Source: Sanchytrium tribonematis (lineage: Eukaryota). From it: a stretch of 35,218 nt of DNA. The DNA lies in contig JADGIG010000038.1 in NCBI GenBank assembly GCA_018985235.1, positions 1 through 35,218 on the forward strand. The letters are read 5' to 3'. A program made the position numbers and the translations under genes. The notes beneath the pieces were generated by a model that had not been told where the DNA came from, ran no database searches, and saw nothing but the letters and a program-made list of their open reading frames with translations. Positions 21,397 to 30,434 of the stretch are shown here, in pieces (position 1 is the first letter of the stretch; each line of letters begins with the position of its first letter).

Positions 21397-21801
21397 ATGT
21401 CTTGTTTGTTTTGCAAAATAATTAAAAAAGAGATTCCTTGCATGACATTACTGGAAACTGAAAAGAGCCTGGCATTCCTAGATATCGGGCCATTGAGTGA
21501 TGGACATGCTCTAGTCATTCCAAAAATGCACGCTGAAAAGCTAGACCAACTGACCCCCGAATATGCTGCAGACTTATTACCAACTGCTCTAAAGGTCGTT
21601 AAAAGATACAAAGAAATGGGATTATGTCATGACTACAATATTTTGCAAAATAATGGCAAGATTGCCCATCAGGAAGTAAACCATGTACACGTTCATATCA
21701 TCCCAAAAACAGAATCTGAAGGTCTCGGAATCACTTGGGATATTAAGCAGATAGACAGAAATGATTTGTCGAAGTTCGCAAAGCTATTTCAACAGAAATA
21801 A
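21397..21801 (+). CDS. HNT1: HIT-family nucleotide hydrolase
   Basis: CLFCKII, AFLDIGPLSDGHALVIPK, QNNG, HVHVH. Confidence 0.95.
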   Translation: MSCLFCKIIKKEIPCMTLLETEKSLAFLDIGPLSDGHALVIPKMHAEKLDQLTPEYAADLLPTALKVVKRYKEMGLCHDYNILQNNGKIAHQEVNHVHVHIIPKTESEGLGITWDIKQIDRNDLSKFAKLFQQK

Positions 21802-21844
21802 ATTATATAAATTTTTAATTGAAACAAGCTTTCAAAAAATTTAA

Positions 21845-22946
21845 ATGTCAGTTCTGGTAAATTCACTCAAGCAAAAGCTAACAACTGGCTCGCAGCCCAG
21901 CTTATCAACATCATTATCAAATGAATTTCCAGTTGATATGGATAATAATGAACTTATCCAATTAAGAAGATCTCGAAAGGTTGCATTGGGTGATTTTGAC
22001 GTAATGAGGACTCTTGGGACAGGTAGTTTCGGAAGAGTGCATTTGGTTAAAGTTAAATCTACTGGGAAATTTTTAGCAATGAAAGTTTTAAAAAAAGTAG
22101 AGGTCGTTAAACATAAGCAAGTTGAGCATACGCTAAATGAAAAGAATATACTAGAGTCAATTTATCATCCATTTCTTGTGAATCTATATGCTGTTTTTCA
22201 AGATTATGGAAATCTTTATGTTGTTATGGAGTATATTTGCGGTGGGGAGCTCTTCTCCTACTTGAGAAAATCTCAGAGATTTCCCAACCAAGTGGCAAGA
22301 TTTTACGCCGGCGAAGTACTTTTGGCATTCGAATATATGCATTCCAAAGACATCATTTATCGGGATTTAAAACCTGAGAATTTACTGATTGATAAAAATG
22401 GAAATATTAAAATTACTGATTTTGGATTTGCCAAAGTGGTACCCGACGTAACTTGGACGTTGTGTGGTACTCCAGATTATTTGGCCCCAGAAATAATTCA
22501 GTCCCGCGGTTATGGAAAGGCTGTTGACTGGTACGCATTAGGCGTATTAATTTTTGAAATGCTAGCTGGATATCCACCGTACTATTTATTCATTTAGATT
22601 TTATGATGAAGACCATGTCAGAATGTACGAGAAAATTCTACAAGGCAGAATCAAATGGCCTTCTCATTTTGATCCTGCTGCTAAGGATTTGTTGAAAAGA
22701 CTTTTGACAGCCGATTTGTCAAAAAGATTCGGAAATTTAAAGGCCGGTTCCAAAGACATAAAAGCGCACAAATGGTTTCAAGGCTTGGATTTTGCAATAT
22801 TGATAAAGTGCAAGGTCCCTGCGCCTTATATCCCACCTGTTAAAGGTGATGGTGATACCAGTCAATTTGACACTTATCCTGAGGAAACCGAGCCTTATGG
22901 TGTAGCTACTCGAGATCCTTATGCTGAATTATTTAAAGATTTTTAA
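21845..22946 (+). CDS. PKAC: cAMP-dependent protein kinase catalytic subunit; 2 exons (21845-22578, 22598-22946), 360 aa
   Basis: [34 protein letters not shown], spliced GYPPFYDED, C-terminal FKDF. Confidence 0.97.
22579..22597 (+). other. 19-nt spliceosomal intron (PKA)
   Basis: GTACTATTTATTCATTTAG; excision restores the conserved GYPPF. Confidence 0.95.
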
Positions 22947-22971
22947 TAAATCCCTACAAATTTTTTGTAAC

Positions 22972-23358
22972 ATGCTTAGAAGATTTTCCACCCAATTAAT
23001 TAAAAAACAGCCATCAATTCCTCAGCCTACTGGGGAAATCTTAAAAAGAACAGCAATCATTTTCAAACCAGCTAAAACAGCTATGCAAAGTGGTATTGAA
23101 AACACAAAATATTGGAGACTAAAATTTGACACTCAGGAAAAGACTGAAAACCCTCTCATAGGATGGACTAGTTCGTCGGACCCAATTCAAGCTCTGCGTT
23201 TAAAATTTAACACCGAAGATGAAGCTGTACAATTCTGTATTAAAAATGGGTGGGATTACCAAGTCTCTTTTCCAAAAACTCGGAAATGGAAAATGAAAGC
23301 TTACGCTGATAATTTTAAATATAGCTTTGGACCACTAAGGCAAATTAAAACTAAATAA
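22972..23358 (+). CDS. NDUFS4: Complex I subunit NDUFS4 (AQDQ/18 kDa)
   Basis: Presequence-like MLRRFST, KTAMQSG, ENPLIGWTSSSDP, YADNF. Confidence 0.93.
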   Translation: MLRRFSTQLIKKQPSIPQPTGEILKRTAIIFKPAKTAMQSGIENTKYWRLKFDTQEKTENPLIGWTSSSDPIQALRLKFNTEDEAVQFCIKNGWDYQVSFPKTRKWKMKAYADNFKYSFGPLRQIKTK

Positions 23359-23382
23359 ATTAAATGTGAAACAGGGCAGAAA

Positions 23383-24286
23383 ATGCTTTTCGGAAGTTTT
23401 GTTCTGCTTTCTCTCGGTGGGACTTTCTGGTACACCAACATTAAAATATTGGAAATGTATTTTTCGGTTGAAAGAGTCTTGGATTCTCAATTATATTTAC
23501 AGGAATTAACATTATTAGCTACATTACCGATTTCAGTCATTCTTATGAATTTGGAACCATACTATTGTTTATTACTTTTCGTATATATTTTATTTTGTAA
23601 AAATTCATTACTGCAACTAATTAATTTAATTATCAGAGCTATTCGGATGCCTGTCCATTTTGTTGACGTAATATTTGGTGATTTTTTAACTTCGTATGCT
23701 AAAGTTTTCTCGGACATGACACCCTCTGTCGGTTTGAAGCCTTGGATTACATGGTATTTTTTATTGATTAAGCATTCCTTACATTATACGAGCCAAGCAA
23801 TGCTTGGTGGAATATATATACAATAGAAAACGTAGTCAAATCTTTAATTTTTTTAAATACCTCTCAGCAATTCCCGTAATATTTACAAGTTATGTCATTG
23901 TACTGGGAAATATCAAATTTTCAGAGAGTCCCATGGTGGGATTATGGTTCGGATTTGTAATTGTAAATAGCATTTTCACCTTCTTTTGGGATATTAAATA
24001 CGACTGGGGGCTATTGGAAAAAGACCACGCTTTCATAAGAAGGCAACAGATATTTCCCAAATATTGCTATTGGATTGCCGTTTTCATAGATTTTGTAATT
24101 AGATTTTTTTGGCTTTTGAGCTTTTTATTCACTCAATGGAATTTATGGGATGCCAATATATCTTTCGCATTCGAATGTTTGGAATTATTTAGAAGATGGA
24201 TGTGGGTGTTTCTAAGAATAGAAAAGGAATTAGTATTTAGGGCAAGTTATCTGGATCCTACGGTAAAAAGAAAATTGACCAATTAG
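23383..24286 (+). CDS. ERD1: EXS-domain membrane protein without SPX; 2 exons (23383-23753, 23773-24286), 294 aa
   Basis: FVDVIFGDFLTSYAK, spliced IPYIIRAKQCL, NFFKY, WDIKYDWGL, ELFRRWMWVFLRIE. Confidence 0.85.
23754..23772 (+). other. 19-nt spliceosomal intron (ERD1)
   Basis: GTATTTTTTATTGATTAAG; restores the EXS P..IR..QC motif. Confidence 0.9.
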
Positions 24287-24289
24287 TAT

Positions 24290-25000
24290 TTACTCATCTA
24301 ATCGAATTAAAATTTTTTTGCTGCTCTTTAGTTCTTCCAAGTAACTTTCAATTTCGTCAATACAATTCTCAAGGTTTATTTTCTTGTTTTTCTTCGGAAC
24401 CGTATCGATAATTAAGCTTAGCTTCCCGTATTCTTTATTTAATTCTTTCAACTTGGCTTCCAAGATAGAAACTGTCTCAATTCTTTCAGACTCTGGCATA
24501 TACTTATATCCTATGGGAGCATTGTCTACGAGCGCCAGGATTTTTTTGGATTGTGGTGGAATTATGGCTGCCTTTGCTTTAACAAGATATTCTGGCACCT
24601 GCCCATAGTCTTTCTTTTCTAAATAACATTTCTCTGGATCCACTCTTTTGGTTTCCAGAGTCTCGATTGCATGAATATTAGACACTATAAAATCTTTTTC
24701 CTCTTGAACTGGTAAATTATTTATGTCATGGAAAGTTGGGCCTTTTATTACTTCTTTTATATGCTTTTCAGTCACAATTTTCCTGTTTTTAAGAAGCCTG
24801 GTGTTCCCAAAGCCTGCCTTGAGAAATTGCGATTGATGTGGCCTTTCTTCTTGAAGTGGTCCAAAAGTTGCTTTTGTTTTCTTAGATTTGGTCCAGTCTG
24901 TTCTTACTTTCTGCTTGTATGTAGACTTGTATAATGGTGGTTTTTCTATTTTAATTTCTACTTTTGGTAAAAAACTATAAATCGTTTCCACTTTAGCCAT
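24290..25000 (-). CDS. ENKUR: Enkurin (axonemal microtubule inner protein)
   Basis: ETIY, KPPLYKS, TFGP, KKDYGQVPEYL, ESERI...LSLIIDTVPKK..K..LE. ATG at 25000. Confidence 0.87.
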   Translation of the reverse strand: MAKVETIYSFLPKVEIKIEKPPLYKSTYKQKVRTDWTKSKKTKATFGPLQEERPHQSQFLKAGFGNTRLLKNRKIVTEKHIKEVIKGPTFHDINNLPVQEEKDFIVSNIHAIETLETKRVDPEKCYLEKKDYGQVPEYLVKAKAAIIPPQSKKILALVDNAPIGYKYMPESERIETVSILEAKLKELNKEYGKLSLIIDTVPKKNKKINLENCIDEIESYLEELKSSKKILIRLDE

Positions 25001-25175
25001 TTGATGGGTCAAACTTAGTGGCCTCAAAATTTAAATTGGATTTTCAAAACAAAATATAAAAGACAAATATATCCGCTTATCCATATTGGTTTTGAAGAAA
25101 TTCACCACTTTTAAGTGAAAATTTGAAGAGAATTTTAAAAAATTAAGGAGAATTTGCAAAACTAGGATATATTCT

Positions 25176-26969
25176 ATGGCAGGTGCTAAAAGAAAAGCTT
25201 TCCTTAAAGAGTATGGAGCAGATAATGCAATTGTATTCGCCCAAAATGACATTCAAGGATCCATCGAGGTAACTGATATCAAAGTTCGAGTACAAAAACC
25301 ATTTGAATTAGAAAATATTCCAAAGAAAATGAATACAAATCTACAAAAATTGAAAAAAATGAAATTAAAAGAGTCACATGATAATATAATAGAAGAAAGT
25401 GAATCTGAGGAAGATATCGAAATGGAATTTGATGAAAACCCTACTAAAAAATTAACAATCAATGAAAATGATCCATTTTTGTCTAGTTTCGTGAGACCTG
25501 ACTTATCAAAAAGAAATCTTCAGCCTATAAAGTTGAGAAAATCTGGGTGTATTATTGATGGCAATTTATCCAATTTTTCTCTGTCTGCTACACCGAATAT
25601 TGACAATCTTTTCGGAACTTTGCGATATCCTGCTGATATTGCTGGCGAAAAGTTAGCTTTTTTATGGAATTGTCTTGAACAGCATTGCGATGTATTATAT
25701 TCCATCAGAAAATGGTCTGAATCAGAAAAAATCAGACAATTGGTGTCCCTTCATTGTGCGAATCATATATTGAAAACAATTAGTCTAAGGAGACAGAATA
25801 ATGCTAAAATAGAGGAAGATCCTCAATTAGAGATTCGAGACCAAGGCTATGGGCGTGGAAGTATTTTATACGTATGTCCTATGAAAAATTCGGCTAAGGA
25901 TTTTGTAGATTCGCTTTTATTGAATCTAGATTTTTACAAAATTCATGGCTATGACAGACTAACAAAGTTGTATGGTGTGGGAGACGAACATGATGAAGAT
26001 GAATATGTCTACGACGATTTTGAAGCTACATTTAGGGACAATACTGATGACAATTTTGCAATGGGTGTAAAATTTACAAAATCAGGTATAAAATTGCTTT
26101 GTACCCTTTCCAAAGCTGACGTTATAATTGCCAGTCCTTTAGCTTTGAAGGAAAATAAAGAAATAGCCATGTTGCTTTCCTCAATAGAAATTGCCATATT
26201 TGATCAAACCTCAGACCTCAAAATGCAAAATTGGAGCAATGTGGACTTCATCTTTAGCAAAATGAATTTAATTCCATCCACAACAAGTGCTAGTACAGAT
26301 ATTATGCGAATCAAAAACCACCTTTTGGATTCTCAGGGAGCTAAGGTCCGGCAAACTGTTTTTATATCAGACTATCTCTTTCCGGAATTAAGTAATTGCT
26401 TTCGCTCTCTTGTTAATATCAAAGGATCGACTCGTTTTAGACCAATTTGTAATTCGCAATTGCCAAAAGGTATAAAGCAAGTCTTTACTCCGATACACTG
26501 CTCCACTGTTCAAAGCGCCGATGATTCCAGATTCTATTTTTTTCAAAAGCAGCTCGCCAATGCCATAAAAGATGGAACAATTTTAGTTGTACCTCAATAT
26601 CACGACTATATGCGACTAAAATTATATTTGGATGAAGAAAACAAAGATTTTGAAGAGTTATCAGAATACACAGATATTAAAGATGTCAATAGAGCCAGAA
26701 CACTATTTTTCAAAGGTGAAATACGCTTTTTACTCTATTCTGAGCGATTATGGTATTACAAAAGATCGCCTATTAAAAACGCGAAACACATTTTATTCTA
26801 TTCCCCACCGGAGACTGTGAATGGTTACAAAAATATTTCCAAATGGGTTCAAAGTGGAACTGTTCAGATATTATACACAAAGTTTGATTTTCTTGCATTG
26901 GAAAGGATATTGGGGTCTAACAAATCCAAGCAGATGGTAAAGGAGATGTCCACAGCGTTATTCAAATAA
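25176..26969 (+). CDS. UTP25: SSU processome component Utp25
   Basis: LHCANH, RDQGY, DDNFAMG, ADVIIASPL, LSSIE, MQNW, LLYSER. Confidence 0.93.
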   Translation: MAGAKRKAFLKEYGADNAIVFAQNDIQGSIEVTDIKVRVQKPFELENIPKKMNTNLQKLKKMKLKESHDNIIEESESEEDIEMEFDENPTKKLTINENDPFLSSFVRPDLSKRNLQPIKLRKSGCIIDGNLSNFSLSATPNIDNLFGTLRYPADIAGEKLAFLWNCLEQHCDVLYSIRKWSESEKIRQLVSLHCANHILKTISLRRQNNAKIEEDPQLEIRDQGYGRGSILYVCPMKNSAKDFVDSLLLNLDFYKIHGYDRLTKLYGVGDEHDEDEYVYDDFEATFRDNTDDNFAMGVKFTKSGIKLLCTLSKADVIIASPLALKENKEIAMLLSSIEIAIFDQTSDLKMQNWSNVDFIFSKMNLIPSTTSASTDIMRIKNHLLDSQGAKVRQTVFISDYLFPELSNCFRSLVNIKGSTRFRPICNSQLPKGIKQVFTPIHCSTVQSADDSRFYFFQKQLANAIKDGTILVVPQYHDYMRLKLYLDEENKDFEELSEYTDIKDVNRARTLFFKGEIRFLLYSERLWYYKRSPIKNAKHILFYSPPETVNGYKNISKWVQSGTVQILYTKFDFLALERILGSNKSKQMVKEMSTALFK

Positions 26970-27067
26970 ACTTGTAAACTAAATTGAAAGCGCTAAATTT
27001 TAAAATTTTCACAAAATTGATGGTTACACAATTGTAGACTAAAAATTGACAATTGCGGGGTCACTCC

Positions 27068-27364
27068 ATGTTATTTCTTCAACTATTAACTGCAATTCCT
27101 TCAGCTCCAAATACCGCTAATGGTAATATGAATCAAAAAGGAGTTAAGGCTCCCAGTCCAATCCTAAAAACAGTCCCATCTACTAATAATACGCATATTA
27201 TAACGCCAGCAACTCTTTCCTCCACTGACCCAGCAACTGATGCCATGAAGCCTCGTAAAACCTCTGCTGTAGATGTAGGAATTGGAACTGCTGTATTTTC
27301 AGGTGCTGCATATATGATTTACAAGACTGCAGTGGGACTTTTAAAAAAAGTAAAATCCGCATAA
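27068..27364 (+). CDS. Small P/S/T-rich protein with signal-like N-terminus and C-terminal hydrophobic helix (98 aa)
   Basis: MLFLQLLTAIP... and VGIGTAVFSGAAYMIY followed by a basic tail. Confidence 0.55.
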   Translation: MLFLQLLTAIPSAPNTANGNMNQKGVKAPSPILKTVPSTNNTHIITPATLSSTDPATDAMKPRKTSAVDVGIGTAVFSGAAYMIYKTAVGLLKKVKSA

Positions 27365-27390
27365 AATCATTTAAGACAAGATAAAGTAAA

Positions 27391-28629
27391 TTATTGAGAT
27401 TTATATTTGCGATGCTTTTTGCTTGAAATATGCAGATCCCATTCTCTTAGACCGAAAATAACTTGGTTGCAATTAACACATTCAAATCTTTCATTAGGGT
27501 CCGAAAAGACGTACTTATTTGGGGAAATATTACTGCTATGCATATTAAACAACGACTTAGTGCAAAATTTTGGAAATTTGGTATGGATCAAATCCATTTG
27601 ATATTGCAAAACTTCCATTGGGTCAATTTTAAAACCTTCAAAGTAACTATTTATACATTTTAGGGCCATGGGAATGACCGAACTGTCCCATAAATCAGCG
27701 AATGTGCTGTCTACTATACATAAATGACATTCGGATTCTTTATAGGGATTGAAAACCCGAGGTACAATTCTTGCTCGAATCCATTTTATTTGACCTCGAG
27801 AATATTGTCTCGTCCTACATTTCATTAATTCTAAACATTCTGTTAACGATTCTTCTTTTTTTGTAACGATATAGGGCAAAAACTCTTTGAATCCTATGCT
27901 TTGAAAAACGCCTTCAACTTCGTTTCCTTTTATGTCATTGTAGAAAACAGGTGCGCGACTTTTCCAATAGGTTTCCAAATCTTTTAATTCCTGTAACAGT
28001 CCATTCTCTATCATTTGATCTACTCTCTTATTGATTCGTGCATCAACAGTTTGTAAATCCGACGAACACCATACAATAATTGAATTGTACCTACTGGGTC
28101 GTTTCCACTTGAGACTAAAGTCATTATTCAATGTATGTCCTGCTTCGTATATATTTAATGCATAAACTAATTTCCTTCTATTATTTGTATTTTTAGTTGC
28201 ATAAGAATCGTCATACTTTCTGACTCTTTCTATCAGTACACTAGTCTCTAGGTCATTGTAGTCCTTTGAATTGTCTATGTAATCAAGATCATGAAAGTCA
28301 TTTCCAAATAATAGCATTTGTATGTAATAATTTGTTCCGCCGACCACTATTGGAACTTTACCACGATTATGAATGTCTTGAATGATTTTATCTGCATCAT
28401 CGACAAATTTCCTAACACTATATGTTTTATCCCAGTCGAGCATATTCATTAAATGATGTTTTGGTTCATCTACAACAACCTTGTTTGTAAGAATAGGGAC
28501 TCCTTTATAGACTTGTAGTGAATCTGCGTTGATAATTTCGCCGTTGATCTTTTTCGCGATAGCAATGGCCAAATCGCTTTTACCGACTGCAGTAGTGCCA
28601 ACTATAGTAACTATTTTTTGTTTGGACAT
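27391..28629 (-). CDS. MOD5: tRNA dimethylallyltransferase
   Basis: GTTAVGKS, INADSLQVY, VVGGTNYY, QSIGFKEF, TRQY, C-terminal C2H2 zinc finger. Confidence 0.96.
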   Translation of the reverse strand: MSKQKIVTIVGTTAVGKSDLAIAIAKKINGEIINADSLQVYKGVPILTNKVVVDEPKHHLMNMLDWDKTYSVRKFVDDADKIIQDIHNRGKVPIVVGGTNYYIQMLLFGNDFHDLDYIDNSKDYNDLETSVLIERVRKYDDSYATKNTNNRRKLVYALNIYEAGHTLNNDFSLKWKRPSRYNSIIVWCSSDLQTVDARINKRVDQMIENGLLQELKDLETYWKSRAPVFYNDIKGNEVEGVFQSIGFKEFLPYIVTKKEESLTECLELMKCRTRQYSRGQIKWIRARIVPRVFNPYKESECHLCIVDSTFADLWDSSVIPMALKCINSYFEGFKIDPMEVLQYQMDLIHTKFPKFCTKSLFNMHSSNISPNKYVFSDPNERFECVNCNQVIFGLREWDLHISSKKHRKYKSQ

Positions 28630-28650
28630 CTCCCTTGGGAGGAGTAAACA

Positions 28651-29244
28651 ATGGAAAAAGCTTTTGAATTATTAGGACACAAGAAAGACAACAGTGGTAT
28701 TGTATATCTGTCGCGGGTGCCTCCATTTATGAAAGTGGAAAAAGTAAGGCACTTATTTTCTAAGTTTGGAAATCTAAAGCGAGTATTTTTGGAGCCATTC
28801 CAAGAAAAACAATCGAAAAGGAAAGCAAATTACAAGCAAGGTTGGATAGAATTTGAAGAAGTTGAAGATGCAAAGGAGTGTGCCATTAATTTAAATAATA
28901 ACAGCGTTGGTGGGAGAGGTTTTCATTCTGACGATCTTTGGAATGTGAAGTATTTACCAAAATTCAAATGGCATCATTTGCAATTGCAACTTTCGCGAAA
29001 TAGAGCTATCAGGCAGTCTAAACTGCGACTACTTAAATCTAAGGTCAATAAGGAACATGAATTTTATGCAAAACAAATTAAAACTAGCGAGAAAGTCTCT
29101 GCTATTGAAGAGAGACTTGAGAAGAAAGGAGTATCTGTTAACAAAGCGAAAAAGTCGTTTAAACAAAGAAAAGTGGTTGAAGATGATATTTCAGAAAATG
29201 CTGATGAAAACGTCAACGATTTATTGGATGATTTATTTCAGTAG
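28651..29244 (+). CDS. ESF2: Pre-rRNA processing protein Esf2/ABT1 (RRM)
   Basis: GIVYLSRVPPFM, GWIEF, DDLWNVKYLPKFKW. Confidence 0.95.
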   Translation: MEKAFELLGHKKDNSGIVYLSRVPPFMKVEKVRHLFSKFGNLKRVFLEPFQEKQSKRKANYKQGWIEFEEVEDAKECAINLNNNSVGGRGFHSDDLWNVKYLPKFKWHHLQLQLSRNRAIRQSKLRLLKSKVNKEHEFYAKQIKTSEKVSAIEERLEKKGVSVNKAKKSFKQRKVVEDDISENADENVNDLLDDLFQ

Positions 29245-29434
29245 AACATTAAAACCAAGCCTTTTTATTCCACCAAGTAAACTTTTCACTATCTACTTTT
29301 TTGTGGCTTTTTGGTCTTTTGATTTACCAAGTCTATCTGATTGGATAAAATTACATCCAACTTGAAATTGATTGGCTATGCAATGAAATGTAATTTTTGC
29401 GATAGTTAAAACTGTTGTTTGTCAATTTTGCATC

Positions 29435-30421
29435 ATGCTTGCCAATGACAGATTGTACGCCATCTGTATCTATGATTTCACGAAAGAAAATCCACAAGAA
29501 CTTGAAGCAAATGTTAATGATAAATTGTCATTACTATGTAAGGTCAATTCTGACTGGATATTAGCCAAAAATCAAAGAACCAAAGAAACTGGTGTAATTC
29601 CCGTTTCGTTCGTGTCAATCAAGCAAAAAGACCATCCAAAACACATAGTGTCCAGCGGAGCAGACCTAGTTTCCTTGAGGGAATGGAAACATCGAAATAG
29701 CAATCAAATACAGGAGCTCCTCACTAGGAATGCAGTCAGCAATCCAGCTAATACTATACCGAATAAGAAGCTTGAGAGGGGTGCTAGATCTCTCAACGAC
29801 TTGACAAAAAATTCCAAGGATCACACTTCAAAAGGCCAATTTTTAATAAGTGGGGGAAAAGTCGTGTCTTATGAAAAACTGAAAGACAATCAAATTGAGT
29901 ATATTGTTCATTGTACTGTCAATGGCCAAAATCTTACATTATATAGACAATATGACGACTTTTTTTACATGCATTTGGCTTTGAAAAGTGCATTTCCGCA
30001 AGAAAGAGACTCTAATAGGAAATTGCCTCTTTTACCAGTACCTAATCAAAATTTAACAGAATACGCGCTTGATAGACGGTTGGATGACATCGACACGTAC
30101 ATTAGAAAATTAATCAAATTAGAACATCTTTGCAATTCAAAATATGTGCAGGACTTTTTCAAGTTGCAGCCTGGTGACGAGCAATCGGAGCAGACCATTA
30201 AAATTCAAATTTTATCAAAGGTCCAAAGTGTCGCCTTTAGAACCACCAAGAATGCTTTGTCTTATGAATCTCTTCAAAATAGAGTTCGGGACAAACTAAG
30301 AGTAGAAACATTTGAACTTCGAGATAGGTTCACCAAAAAAAGAATTCGATGTACTAATGACCTAATATCCATAGTTGAGGCAAATCCAGAAAAAATAGTA
30401 CTTTACATTCCACAAAAGTAG
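29435..30421 (+). CDS. BEM1: Bem1/Scd2-like polarity scaffold (SH3-PX-PB1)
   Basis: SH3 (YAICIYDF...DWILAK...GVIPVSFV), EWK motif, PX (LYRQYDDFF, FP, LPLLP), PB1-like tail. Confidence 0.85.
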   Translation: MLANDRLYAICIYDFTKENPQELEANVNDKLSLLCKVNSDWILAKNQRTKETGVIPVSFVSIKQKDHPKHIVSSGADLVSLREWKHRNSNQIQELLTRNAVSNPANTIPNKKLERGARSLNDLTKNSKDHTSKGQFLISGGKVVSYEKLKDNQIEYIVHCTVNGQNLTLYRQYDDFFYMHLALKSAFPQERDSNRKLPLLPVPNQNLTEYALDRRLDDIDTYIRKLIKLEHLCNSKYVQDFFKLQPGDEQSEQTIKIQILSKVQSVAFRTTKNALSYESLQNRVRDKLRVETFELRDRFTKKRIRCTNDLISIVEANPEKIVLYIPQK

Positions 30422-30434
30422 TACAAAAATAAAT

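Noticed and set aside
22579..22597. Split ORFs as frameshifted pseudogenes, sequencing errors or programmed frameshifts
   Set aside because: All eight breaks are resolved by GT-AG segments of 19-20 nt sharing one consensus.
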